Source of the DNA: Candidatus Fervidibacter sinensis
GTDB lineage: Bacteria; Armatimonadota; Fervidibacteria; Fervidibacterales; Fervidibacteraceae
Assembly: GCA_032161045.1 (NCBI GenBank)
Contig: JAVHTH010000010.1
DNA: 64,000 bases
Direction: 5' to 3' (one strand)
Position 1 is the first letter of the stretch; each line of letters begins with the position of its first letter. The notes below the pieces were generated by a model. That model was not told the DNA's origin. It was given only the letters and a program-made list of their open reading frames with translations, and searched no databases. The translations under genes and the position numbers were made by a program. Below, in pieces: positions 8,436-17,784 of the stretch.

Positions 8436-10364
8436 ATGGCAAAAGTCAAGGTCACGCTGCCCGACGGGAGCGTGAGGGAATACGACTCGCAAGTAACGCC
8501 GTTGCAAGTTCTCAGAGATTGGAAACCCGAAAGCGAAGATGAATTTTTGCTCGCGGAAGTTAATGGGCAAATTTGGGACTTATTCCGCCCTTTACCCGAA
8601 GGCGAATTGAGTTTGAAGTTCTTGACCTTCAATGACCCACCCGCTCGCGACGCTTACCGCCACACTGCTTCGCACATCCTCGCCCATGCCGTTAAGGAAC
8701 TTTTCCCTGAAGCAAAACTTGCCATCGGTCCGGCAATTGAGGATGGCTACTACTACGACTTTGATGTTCCCCGTCCATTTACGCCCGAAGATTTAGAACG
8801 CATTGAGCAGAAGATGAAAGAAATCGTCGCCGCTGACTATCCGCTGGAACGATTGGAGTTGACAAAGGAAGAGGCGCGAAAGTTACTGGAGGAAATGGGC
8901 GAAACTTACAAACTGGAACTGCTTGACGAAATCCCTGACGAACGGGTCAGTTTCTACCGCCAAAACGGTTTCATTGACCTTTGTCGTGGTCCGCATGTCC
9001 CGAGCACTGGTCGCATTAAGGCTTTTAAATTGCTGAGCGCTTCCGGCGCTTATTGGCGCGGTGATGAACGCAACCCTATGCTACAGCGGATTTACGGGAC
9101 TTGCTTCCCGACAGAGGAGCAATTGCAAGAGTTCCTAACTCGCCTTGAAGAAGCACAGAAGCGAGACCACAGGAAGTTGGGGCGCGAATTGAATTTGTTC
9201 ATCATTGACGAAACTATCGGTTCAGGTTTGGTGCTTTGGTTACCGAACGGCGCTTTGGTTCGCAAGCAAATTGAGGACTTCTGGCGCGAGCAGCATCTTA
9301 AGCGAGGTTACCAAATTGTTTTCACGCCCCACATCGCACGCGATGAACTTTGGCAACGCAGCGGTCACCTTGACCTTTACAGTGAGTTCATGTTCCCGAC
9401 AATGCAAATTGAAGCGCACAAGTATCTGCTCAAGCCGATGAACTGCCCGTTCCACATCACGATTTACAAGACGCAAACACGAAGTTACCGGGATTTGCCC
9501 ATCCGCTACTGCGAACTTGGGACAGTTTATCGTTACGAACGGTCTGGAGTTTTGCACGGGCTTTTGAGGGTTCGCGGTTTCACTCAGGACGATGCCCACA
9601 TTTTTTGCACTCCCGATCAAGTGAAGGAGGAAGTGAAAAACGCAGTTCAGTTTGCTTTGTTCATACTTCGGACTTTTGGTTTCACCGAGTTTGAGGTTAA
9701 AATTGCCACTCGCCCTGAGGGCAAATTTGCGGGCACTTTAGAAGGATGGGAACGAGCCGAACGAGAATTGCAAGAGGTCGCGCAAGAGTTGGGCTTGGAC
9801 TATGAACTTGACATCGGCGGCGGTGCTTTTTACGGTCCGAAGATTGACATCTTCTTGCGCGATTGCTTGGGGCGGCGTTGGCAATGCTCCACCATCCAGT
9901 TAGACTTCAACTTGCCAGAAAGGCTTGATGTCAACTACATTGGTCCTGATAACAAGGAACACAGGGTTGTCATGGTGCACCGCGCACTGCTTGGTTCAAT
10001 GGAACGGTTCGTGGCGGTCTTGACGGAACATTATGCAGGGGCGTTCCCTGTTTGGCTCTCACCGATCCAAGTTGCGGTGCTTCCGATTTCCGAACGACAT
10101 TTGCCATACGCAATGCAAGTTGCCGAACGACTGCAAGCGGAAGGAGCGAGGGTGGAAGTTTTGGCTAAAAGCGAACCGATTTCAGGGCGAATATTTGATG
10201 CGGAAGCGAGAAAAATTCCTTACATGTTGGTCGTCGGCGACCGAGAGGCACAAGCGGGGGCAGTGGCGGTTCGCGAACGCGGGCGAAAAGATCACGGCAC
10301 AATGTCGCTTGACAAATTTGTTGAATGGCTCAAGCCGCAACTTAAACCACCAATTGTGGGGTGA
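8436..10364 (+). CDS. thrS: Threonine--tRNA ligase
   Basis: TGS N-domain, class II motifs (YRYERSGVLHGLLRVRGFTQDDAHIF), anticodon-binding C-domain, 642 aa. Confidence 0.95.
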   Translation: MAKVKVTLPDGSVREYDSQVTPLQVLRDWKPESEDEFLLAEVNGQIWDLFRPLPEGELSLKFLTFNDPPARDAYRHTASHILAHAVKELFPEAKLAIGPAIEDGYYYDFDVPRPFTPEDLERIEQKMKEIVAADYPLERLELTKEEARKLLEEMGETYKLELLDEIPDERVSFYRQNGFIDLCRGPHVPSTGRIKAFKLLSASGAYWRGDERNPMLQRIYGTCFPTEEQLQEFLTRLEEAQKRDHRKLGRELNLFIIDETIGSGLVLWLPNGALVRKQIEDFWREQHLKRGYQIVFTPHIARDELWQRSGHLDLYSEFMFPTMQIEAHKYLLKPMNCPFHITIYKTQTRSYRDLPIRYCELGTVYRYERSGVLHGLLRVRGFTQDDAHIFCTPDQVKEEVKNAVQFALFILRTFGFTEFEVKIATRPEGKFAGTLEGWERAERELQEVAQELGLDYELDIGGGAFYGPKIDIFLRDCLGRRWQCSTIQLDFNLPERLDVNYIGPDNKEHRVVMVHRALLGSMERFVAVLTEHYAGAFPVWLSPIQVAVLPISERHLPYAMQVAERLQAEGARVEVLAKSEPISGRIFDAEARKIPYMLVVGDREAQAGAVAVRERGRKDHGTMSLDKFVEWLKPQLKPPIVG

Positions 10365-10921
10365 TGGCGATGGCGGAAACCACTACTGCGAAACGGAAGA
10401 TGACCGAAGAGGAATTCATGCGCTTGCCCGATGATGGTCGCAAGTATGAGTTGGTGGATGGGGAGGCGAAAGAAGTGCCAGCAGGGTTTGAGCATGATGT
10501 CATCGTGATGCGCATAGGTTTCCTAATGTATCCCTTCGCCCAGAAGGTTGGCTACTTAGCAGCATCCAGTGCAGGATTCCGCATGGTAACAGGAAACATT
10601 CGTTCGCCTGATATCTCCTTTGTTTTGCGAGAACGCTTGCCCGAAGGTAAGCCACCAAAAGAGTTTATGGATGGAGCACCTGATTTGGCGATTGAGGTTA
10701 TTTCGCCCAACGAAGATTGGGCGGACATGGGAAGAAAGTTGGGCGAATACTTCATGAGTGGGGCAAAACAGGTTTGGCTCATTGACCCCGATGCAGTGAC
10801 AGTGACCGTTTACAAATCCCTCACAGATGTGCAAGTTTTTCATGCCGATGACGAAATCGCGGGAGGCGACCTTTTGCCAGAGTTTCGGTGCAAGGTCGCT
10901 GACCTGATTGCTGTTGAATGA
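10361..10921 (+). CDS. Uma2-family (DUF820) putative endonuclease
   Basis: N-terminal EEEFMRLPDDGRKYELVDGE motif and ...PDLAIEVISP... catalytic-core-like motif. ATGA overlap with the thrS stop. Confidence 0.7.
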   Translation: MMAMAETTTAKRKMTEEEFMRLPDDGRKYELVDGEAKEVPAGFEHDVIVMRIGFLMYPFAQKVGYLAASSAGFRMVTGNIRSPDISFVLRERLPEGKPPKEFMDGAPDLAIEVISPNEDWADMGRKLGEYFMSGAKQVWLIDPDAVTVTVYKSLTDVQVFHADDEIAGGDLLPEFRCKVADLIAVE

Positions 10922-10950
10922 GTCAAAATTTTTTGTGGAGGTGAAAAGCC

Positions 10951-11646
10951 ATCGCCGACAAAGACGAACAGCGAAAGGAATTGCGTGTAAACGAACAAAT
11001 TCGCATCCCTAAAGTCTTGGTCATTGATGAAAACGGACAAAAACTTGGTGTCATGGACACAAGGGACGCAATTCGGTTGGCTCGCTCAAAAGGTCTTGAC
11101 TTGATTGAAGTTGCCCCACATGCTCGTCCCCCAGTTTGTCGGATCATGGACTACGGCAAATTCAAGTATCAGCAGCGGAAGAAGGAAAAAGAGGCACGCA
11201 AGCACCACAAGGAGTTGAAGGAAATCAGGTTGACCCCACAAATGAGTGAACACGATTTGCTTTACCGCGTCAAAAGTGCCGAAGAGTTTTTGAGGGAGGG
11301 ACACCGCGTTCGCGTCTTCATGCAGATATGGGGGCGATGGGCTGCCCACACCGAATTGGGCGAAGCGAAATTGCAAGAGTTCGTCAATCACCTCAGCCAT
11401 GTCGCCACAGTTGAAACCCCGTTGAGTCATCAGGGTAAGTTGATCGCAATTGTTCTTGCACCCCGAAAAGACGCGAAGCAAAAGGTTACCACAAGTGTAG
11501 CCAAACCTGCTGCGCCAACCCAACCTGCTCAGCCCGCCCAAACCACTCAACAAATGCAACCTCAGCCTGAAACTCCAGAACCTGTTTCCGAACCGATACA
11601 ACCAGAACCCCCAAAAGTCATAGAAGTGTCAAGTGGTGAGGGATAG
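10951..11646 (+). CDS. infC: Translation initiation factor IF-3, with a proposed non-canonical ATC start
   Basis: IF-3 N- and C-domain sequence (VLVIDENGQKLGV, KELKEIRL), with a low-complexity PAQ-rich tail. In-frame ATC at 10951 lies 9 nt after GGAGG (10937-10941) and just after the in-frame TGA at 10942. The ORF-track TTG at 10981 is the alternative start. Confidence 0.8.
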   Translation: MADKDEQRKELRVNEQIRIPKVLVIDENGQKLGVMDTRDAIRLARSKGLDLIEVAPHARPPVCRIMDYGKFKYQQRKKEKEARKHHKELKEIRLTPQMSEHDLLYRVKSAEEFLREGHRVRVFMQIWGRWAAHTELGEAKLQEFVNHLSHVATVETPLSHQGKLIAIVLAPRKDAKQKVTTSVAKPAAPTQPAQPAQTTQQMQPQPETPEPVSEPIQPEPPKVIEVSSGEG

Positions 11647-11763
11647 CGCTGTCGCAAACATTGTGTTATCCTTTTACGCCGCTGAATGTTGAAGGGGCAA
11701 ACAGGTTCATTTTGCCTGTCCTGCAAGAAACTACCCGATAAGTATTGAACGGAGGGTTCCGAA

Positions 11764-11967
11764 ATGGCGAAAGGAGCGAAAACAAAACGAACAGCAGCAA
11801 AACGATTCAAAATCACTGGAAGCGGTAAAGTGATTCGGCAGCGTGTAGGCGGTCAGCACTATATGCTCAAGAAAAGCAAACGCCGAAAGCGGGATTTGAA
11901 ACGCACCACAGAGGTGCATCCATCCTACGAGCGAGCATTGAAAGCATTGCTGCCAGGTCAACTCTAA
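11764..11967 (+). CDS. rpmI: 50S ribosomal protein L35
   Basis: 67-aa basic protein with KTKRTAAKRFKITGSGKV, in the infC-rpmI-rplT order. Confidence 0.95.
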   Translation: MAKGAKTKRTAAKRFKITGSGKVIRQRVGGQHYMLKKSKRRKRDLKRTTEVHPSYERALKALLPGQL

Positions 11968-12000
11968 CCGCAATCTTCAACAAAGTAGAGGTGAACGAAA

Positions 12001-12375
12001 ATGCGAGTTAAAGCGGGAACAGTCACCAGAAGGCGACACAAGAAATGGCTGAAAATGGCTGAAGGTTACTGGGGTCTGAAGAGCGTCGTCTTTCGCAGGG
12101 CGAAGGAGGCTGTCATCCGCGCCCTTAACTTCGCTTATCGTGACCGAAAACAGCGGAAACGAGATTTCAGGCGTTGGTGGATTGTCAGAATCAATGCTGC
12201 CGCTCGGCTTAATGGATTACGTTACAGTGAGTTCATTCATGGCTTGAAACTCGCAGGTGTAGGACTTAACCGTAAGATGCTCGCCGAGTTAGCAGTTAAT
12301 GACCCTGATGCTTTTGCTGCCTTGGCACAAAAAGCGAAAGAGGCTCTGGCAAATAAAACCGCAGCCACGGCGTAA
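12001..12375 (+). CDS. rplT: 50S ribosomal protein L20
   Basis: [25 protein letters not shown]... is a typical L20 N-terminus. Confidence 0.95.
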   Translation: MRVKAGTVTRRRHKKWLKMAEGYWGLKSVVFRRAKEAVIRALNFAYRDRKQRKRDFRRWWIVRINAAARLNGLRYSEFIHGLKLAGVGLNRKMLAELAVNDPDAFAALAQKAKEALANKTAATA

Positions 12376-12411
12376 AGCATTTTTTGCCAGTTCATTTCAC
12401 ACGCCGATCAA

Positions 12412-12442
12412 AGCGTCAGCGTTTACCTCGCTGGCGCTTTTT
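12412..12442 (+). terminator. Rho-independent terminator after rplT
   Basis: AGCGTCAGCG / CGCTGGCGCT stem (one G-T pair) followed by TTTTT. Confidence 0.6.
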
Positions 12443-12471
12443 CCTTTGTTGCTGTTGCCGAAAAGAAGGGA

Positions 12472-13569
12472 GTGACCGAAGTGACAATTGAGCACAAGTT
12501 GCGGGAGTTGGTTCGCATCTTGGTTGAAACTCCAACCCCGACAGGAAGCGAAAAGGCTTTGTTCCCATTTTTGACAGACTACCTGAAGTCGCACGGGTTT
12601 GAAGTCAATGAGCAAGAAGTCACGGAAAGACACCCATTAACCCCACCGGGCGAATACAGCAACTTGGTCGCAAAACGGGGCAAAAGCCGATTGCTGATTT
12701 CTGCCCACCTTGATACTTTTCCCGCTTACACTCATCCGCAACCTTACACTTTGCGCGAGGACGGCGATAAGTTGATAGCGAGGGGTGTGGTTGATATTAA
12801 GGGGCAAATCGCTGCATTGCTTCTCGCCATCTCTCAAACGGACGCACCGTGCCAGATTGCTTTCGTTTGTGACGAGGAAAGGGGTGGGACGGGTTCAAGA
12901 AGCCTCAAATTTGATGCCAATGCAGTTCTCGTTCTTGAACCGACCGATTTGAAACCAGTCATCGCTCACGCTGGAGCAGTTGAGGCAACAGTTGTTTTCT
13001 TCGGAAAAGCCGCTCACGGCTCAACCCCTCATTGGGGCGATAGCGCTTTGGAAAAAGCAGTCGCTTTCGCAGACGCATTGAAAACTCATCCGCTTATCTC
13101 CGAACAACGCCACCCGCTTTTTGAGCGAGCACCTCTCATCACGCTGGGAAAGTTGGAAGCGGGAAGCGAAGCGATGGTTGTGCCAAACAAAGCCTCGCTC
13201 AATTTTGATATCCGTGTGCTTCCCGGTTATTCGGCAAAGGCTGTTGCTGATTTGGTGCGAGATTTTGGAGCGAAGTTTAAAGCCGAGGTGAAAATTGATG
13301 ACATCGCTGAACCTGTCATTTTGGACGAAAACGAAGACATAGTAAAAACTGTCAAGACGGCTTGTGCCGATGTAATGGGACAAGAGCCCCCTGCAATTGG
13401 CTATTGGAGTTGGACGGACGCAGTCAATTACATTGAACGCGGCACTCCTGCAGTTGTGTTTGGTGCAGGACACCTTGGAGTGGCTCACTCGGATGAGGAA
13501 TGGGTGAAATTAAGCGACTTACTCGCACTGTCGCAAATCCTGAAGAAACTACTGGAAGTCTGGACTTGA
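12472..13569 (+). CDS. M20-family metallopeptidase / deacylase (ArgE/DapE-like)
   Basis: SAHLDT, VDIKG, CDEERGG and AHGSTPHWG motifs characteristic of M20 peptidases. Confidence 0.75.
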   Translation: MTEVTIEHKLRELVRILVETPTPTGSEKALFPFLTDYLKSHGFEVNEQEVTERHPLTPPGEYSNLVAKRGKSRLLISAHLDTFPAYTHPQPYTLREDGDKLIARGVVDIKGQIAALLLAISQTDAPCQIAFVCDEERGGTGSRSLKFDANAVLVLEPTDLKPVIAHAGAVEATVVFFGKAAHGSTPHWGDSALEKAVAFADALKTHPLISEQRHPLFERAPLITLGKLEAGSEAMVVPNKASLNFDIRVLPGYSAKAVADLVRDFGAKFKAEVKIDDIAEPVILDENEDIVKTVKTACADVMGQEPPAIGYWSWTDAVNYIERGTPAVVFGAGHLGVAHSDEEWVKLSDLLALSQILKKLLEVWT

Positions 13570-13981
13570 CAAAAATTCATTGCAAGTTCGTTTCGTGAAG
13601 GTTCGTCAGTTCTTGCGGAGTTGTCGCTCGTCTTGCCTCCAGCGGTCGTTAAACTGTCCCTCGGAAATTACCTCTCCTTGACAACCGAAAAGAAAAATTT
13701 GTCCCCGATAGTTACTGAACTTTCGTCGCAACTTTTTATTCAGAGGGTGACTCCTCTGGGCTGCTGAAAAATTCGTCGCAGTCGGTGGACTGCCCTTTCA
13801 AGCAACTGAAAAAGTTGTCCCTGAGGGTGGTTGAACTGTCGTCGCTCACAGAGGGTGAAGTTACGAAGTGGTCCCTGAAAAGTCAATTTGTCAACATAGG
13901 ACAGCCTGTGCCTTACACTATGTGGGTGGGCAGGTAAGGCAAGGAATGAGGAGCGTTTGACACAAGTGAGGTGATTCAATT

Positions 13982-15076
13982 GTGTCGGCGAATTTGAAGA
14001 GAAGGGAGGTAGTGACGATGATGGTAAGCTCATTTGTGGGAACATTAGTTGCTGAGGTTGGAACACAGCCGAAAGTAGTGAGTAAGAAAGAAGAAAGGCA
14101 AAGGGCGTTGTGGAAAGCAGTCCACATCATGGCTCCGGCCCCAGATGGCTTGTCACTGCTCATGAGGGCAATTGAAGAGCAACTTGCGCCTTTGGGCGTC
14201 AATGTGATCGTTTTTGAGGTCAATTACAAATTCGCTTTTCGTTCTGACCCTGACCTGAGGATGGAACCAGTTTTGAGTTACAAGGATGCTCGCTCGCTTG
14301 CCGAACTTTGTCGCAAACTTGGAATCCGTCTTATCCCCGAGTTCAATTGTTTGGGGCATCAATCTTGGAGCAAGACGACTTTTCCGCTGCTTGTCAAATA
14401 CCGCGAGTTTGACGAGACCCCAAACATTCCTCTTGACAATCCGGGAATTTACTGCCGAAGTTGGTGCCCGTTGCACCCGAAAGTGAACGAGGTCGTTTTC
14501 GCGTTGATGGATGAATTGCTTGAAGCATTTCAGGCTGATGCGTTCCATGTGGGCATGGATGAAGTTTTTCTGATTGCAAGTGATCAATGTCCGAGATGCA
14601 AAGGTAAGGATCCTGCGGAACTTTTCGCTAAGGCGGTCAACGATTACCACGAGCATTTGGTCAAGAAGCGAGGCGTTGAAATGTTGATGTGGGGAGACAG
14701 GTTGCTGGATGACAAAGAAATGGGATATGGCAAGTGGGAAGCGAGCCAAAATGGGACAGCACCAGCAATTGACAAAATCCCGAAGGACATCATCGTTTGC
14801 GATTGGCATTACGGGCTTCGGCAAGAATACCCGTCAATACCTTACTTTCAGCAAAAAGGCTTTCGGGTAGTTTCTGCAAGTTGGAAAGACGAGAAGGCAG
14901 CCGTTGCATTCCTCAATTACTCTCGCAAAGTCGCAACTGAGAAGTGGCTCGGTCACATGTGCACAACTTGGGTCAACGGAACAGATTTCGCTAAGGCGCT
15001 TCTTAACATGCAAGACGCTTCAGAGACAGCCAAGCAAGCAGTTAGCGCATTGCGAGCTTGTATGTCTCAATTTTGA
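13982..15076 (+). CDS. GH20-like glycoside hydrolase catalytic-domain protein
   Basis: FNCLGHQSW, FHVGMDEV (D-E catalytic pair context), MWGD and CDWHY motifs. Paralogous to the core of the 32072-34741 gene. Start uncertain. Confidence 0.6.
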   Translation: MSANLKRREVVTMMVSSFVGTLVAEVGTQPKVVSKKEERQRALWKAVHIMAPAPDGLSLLMRAIEEQLAPLGVNVIVFEVNYKFAFRSDPDLRMEPVLSYKDARSLAELCRKLGIRLIPEFNCLGHQSWSKTTFPLLVKYREFDETPNIPLDNPGIYCRSWCPLHPKVNEVVFALMDELLEAFQADAFHVGMDEVFLIASDQCPRCKGKDPAELFAKAVNDYHEHLVKKRGVEMLMWGDRLLDDKEMGYGKWEASQNGTAPAIDKIPKDIIVCDWHYGLRQEYPSIPYFQQKGFRVVSASWKDEKAAVAFLNYSRKVATEKWLGHMCTTWVNGTDFAKALLNMQDASETAKQAVSALRACMSQF

Positions 15077-15136
15077 CAGAAGTTGCACATTGTATTGGAC
15101 GGGAAGCAAGGCACAGATAGATTTAGTTCAAACTTT

Positions 15137-15160
15137 GGGAGGGTGAGGCTCCTGCCGAAC
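15137..15160 (+). repeat. Family-C element GGGAGGGTGAGGCTCCTGCCGAAC
   Basis: Near-identical to copies at 36136, 39686 and 58024/58064. Contains a GGCTC-N5-GAGCC-type mini-hairpin. Lies between convergent genes. Confidence 0.7.
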
Positions 15161-15206
15161 TCTTAATTTGGGCTAAAGGATTATACCTCTGCACGCAAAA
15201 ATTTCG

Positions 15207-15659
15207 TCAAAGGTCAGGTCTTTCAGGGGGAGGAATAGGTGCTGGAACGGTGAAAGAAATGCCCCCTGGAGGCTCACCAGGTTTTGGCGTTTCGTTCCCT
15301 TTTGCGTCCTTAGCCCTAACCCAAACTTTGTATGTCTCATCCTGCCCATCATTACGAGTATTCGCCCCTGCCTTTATCGTCCCTTGGTAAACATTGCCAG
15401 TCAAACTCATCGGCACTTTCTCCATTGCCCCATCAGGCTTTTGGACCTCTGCCCAAACTTCTGCTACCCCAGATGGGTCACTAACTTGAGCGGAAATTGT
15501 CACTTCTCCACCTGTAAAGCGAGTCAGTTTCGTAGGCTCAACTTGAACATTGACAATTGTTGGCGGATTAGTGTCTGGAGCACCTCCTCCGCCTCCACAA
15601 CCCCAAAGCCCCATAGTGAAACCAACGCTTAAAATTGCCAATATTCGCTTCATCCTCAA
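15207..15659 (-). CDS. Small secreted lipoprotein with an Ig-like domain
   Basis: Signal peptide ending LWGCGGGGG (lipobox-like Cys). 55 nt downstream of the giant protease gene on the same strand. Confidence 0.6.
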   Translation of the reverse strand: MRMKRILAILSVGFTMGLWGCGGGGGAPDTNPPTIVNVQVEPTKLTRFTGGEVTISAQVSDPSGVAEVWAEVQKPDGAMEKVPMSLTGNVYQGTIKAGANTRNDGQDETYKVWVRAKDAKGNETPKPGEPPGGISFTVPAPIPPPERPDL

Positions 15660-15714
15660 TGCCTCCTTTCACATTTTGCTTTCTTTAGCCTTGCAGGAAC
15701 ACGATCCTAAGTTC

Positions 15715-17784
15715 CTACCTCAGCCTTGCAATCGTCGTTCCTTGAATTTTCCTTCCTTCATCATCTTGTGCAATTACTCGGACTAAGTATGCACTCGTTG
15801 GCAACACCTCTCCATTGTTCCCCAGACCTTGCCACACAATTTGTTGTTGACCTGCCAAGCGATTCCTACCGCTCTCTAACACCGCTACCTTCCTTCCAGT
15901 CAAGGTCAAAACCTCAACTTGAGTTTGTGCTGGTTTAGTCAATGCAAACTGGATTGATATGCCCCTTCCCCGCATCGGTATCGCCTTCAATCCAACAATG
16001 CGCAAAGGTCGCTCATTGCCCAACTCAGCGATAACCTTGAACCGCCTCTCCGTCTCACCTTCATTCGGCACAAACCGATATTCTGTCTGAGTCCTCATGT
16101 ATCGCCTCGTCCCTGTCGCAAGGTCAACCAAAATCAAACTCACATCCTTTGGAACATGTCCAACTCCATTCCATATCATCGTAACTTCTTTTTGCCTCGT
16201 CCCTCGTCCCCCCTCCCTCGTCCCGAACTTCACAACCACATCCCAAACATGCTGCCTTGCTGCGTTGTTCCTAACATCAACTGCCAAAGGTGCACCATTG
16301 TTGAGCACCAAAACTTGCACATTGCTGCTTCCTTCAGGCGGTTCAGGTGGCAAACCGATTGTAAGTCCTCTTGAACCTTGTGAAACTCCCCAAATTGCCT
16401 CTCCACTCTCGTCACCAACTTTCGCCACCAACTTCACTGTCCATCCATTGCCTTTCACTACTCGTCCCGCGTCCCTCGTCCCCCGTCCCTTGCTTTGGCT
16501 TGGTGGTGGCAGTATAAGTTCGCAGTCGGTATGAGCATAGACCCAATAGCCCTTCCAAGGTTCAAGTTGCCCTTTAACTCCAGGAATGACGCTTGTATCG
16601 TAGACCAGAACATACTTTCCCTTAAACGGGTCATTTTCATCCTGCTCCCATCCCCAAGCGTAATCTTCAATCCAGCCTGCCTGCTGGGCTTGTGCCACAC
16701 TTAACGACTGTTCGCCCTTCCTCACACGAATTCCTTGGCTAATGTCCCAATTAATTGGTTGGGTGAAGGGATTGCTAATAAAATTCCATCCCTTTTGCAA
16801 GGGGATAATGACTTCTTCAGCAAGAGGTTCGCCTACAAGGCTGAAAGGAATCTCTTTGTCCGCCTTAAACCAGTAGCCCTTTCCTGGCTCAATAGCAGCT
16901 CCAACATCTCGGTAACCTTGAATTGAGGGATCCCAAACTTTCATTAGTAGACCATCTAAACCGAGTTCTTGTCGCGTTAAGGATTCCGTTCTTAGGCTTA
17001 AGCCAAATGTTCCGATGCCTTGAGCAAGGCAAGGGACAAACGGTGAGACAGTGAAACTACGCTCTTCACTGCCTTCACTCCATTGTTTCCCATCGTGGGC
17101 ATAAACTTGCCACTTATACTCACCAGCAGATAAGGCGTAGTTCCCTGAAATCCTGAAGTTCGCTATTTCTCCGCTACTGTAACTGAGTTTACTCCAACCA
17201 CTAGTGTCCTTAGTTTGATCAAATTCGTGTATGATTTGTCCATTTCGCTTGATGACTAATTTGTATTTAATAGGATCGCCATCATTGTCAGTTGCTACCA
17301 TTCGGAAAGTTGGAGTGCCGGAGGTCATTGAATCAGGGGCAGGGGAAACTAGTTGTGGAAGCAACGGCGCTTGGTTAACGGTTATCATTCTTGCATTACT
17401 TGCTTCGCTCCATTCTTTCCCGTCAAAGGCGTAAGCAAGCCACAAGTAAGTCCCCGCTGTTAACCTCTGATTTGATGGAACAACAAATGTCGCTTCTTCT
17501 CCACTTGCATACTCACTCTTATCCCAACCTGTCCCCTCTTGTGTTTGGTCAAATACAGCAACAATTTGGTCGCCTTGCTTGACCACTATCTTGAACTTCA
17601 AGTTGTCACTATCAGGATCTGTTGACTTGATTTTGAATGAAAGGGTAGGAGTGACAAAGGAATTGTTTTCTGGAGCAACAAGTTCAGGGGCATTTGGAAC
17701 TTGGTTGACAACGAAACTCCTTTCACTACTGAATTCACTCTCTTGCCCCCTTTCATCTACCGCCTTCGCTCGCCATGTGTCCAT
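15715..17784 (-). CDS. C-terminal portion of the giant S8 protease (separated by a frameshift)
   Basis: Continues the NQxPNxPEL...GxYxWxxxAxD repeat domain that begins in the upstream ORF. C-terminal FlgD-Ig/T9SS-sorting-like beta domain. Carries two GGGACGN modules. Confidence 0.7.
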   Translation of the reverse strand: MDTWRAKAVDERGQESEFSSERSFVVNQVPNAPELVAPENNSFVTPTLSFKIKSTDPDSDNLKFKIVVKQGDQIVAVFDQTQEGTGWDKSEYASGEEATFVVPSNQRLTAGTYLWLAYAFDGKEWSEASNARMITVNQAPLLPQLVSPAPDSMTSGTPTFRMVATDNDGDPIKYKLVIKRNGQIIHEFDQTKDTSGWSKLSYSSGEIANFRISGNYALSAGEYKWQVYAHDGKQWSEGSEERSFTVSPFVPCLAQGIGTFGLSLRTESLTRQELGLDGLLMKVWDPSIQGYRDVGAAIEPGKGYWFKADKEIPFSLVGEPLAEEVIIPLQKGWNFISNPFTQPINWDISQGIRVRKGEQSLSVAQAQQAGWIEDYAWGWEQDENDPFKGKYVLVYDTSVIPGVKGQLEPWKGYWVYAHTDCELILPPPSQSKGRGTRDAGRVVKGNGWTVKLVAKVGDESGEAIWGVSQGSRGLTIGLPPEPPEGSSNVQVLVLNNGAPLAVDVRNNAARQHVWDVVVKFGTREGGRGTRQKEVTMIWNGVGHVPKDVSLILVDLATGTRRYMRTQTEYRFVPNEGETERRFKVIAELGNERPLRIVGLKAIPMRGRGISIQFALTKPAQTQVEVLTLTGRKVAVLESGRNRLAGQQQIVWQGLGNNGEVLPTSAYLVRVIAQDDEGRKIQGTTIARLR
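16197..16225 (-). repeat. (GGGACGN)4 module in frame in the protease gene (sense strand)
   Basis: Reverse complement reads GGGACGA GGGAGGG GGGACGA GGGACGA. Translated GTREGGRGTR. Confidence 0.85.
16461..16489 (-). repeat. (GGGACGN)4 module in frame in the protease gene (sense strand)
   Basis: Reverse complement reads GGGACGG GGGACGA GGGACGC GGGACGA. Translated GRGTRDAGR. Confidence 0.9.

Noticed and set aside
11647-11763. L20-binding regulatory structure between infC and rpmI
   Set aside because: A short GGCAAA...TTTGCC pairing exists, but nothing could be matched to the known L20 operator or pseudoknot without a covariance model.
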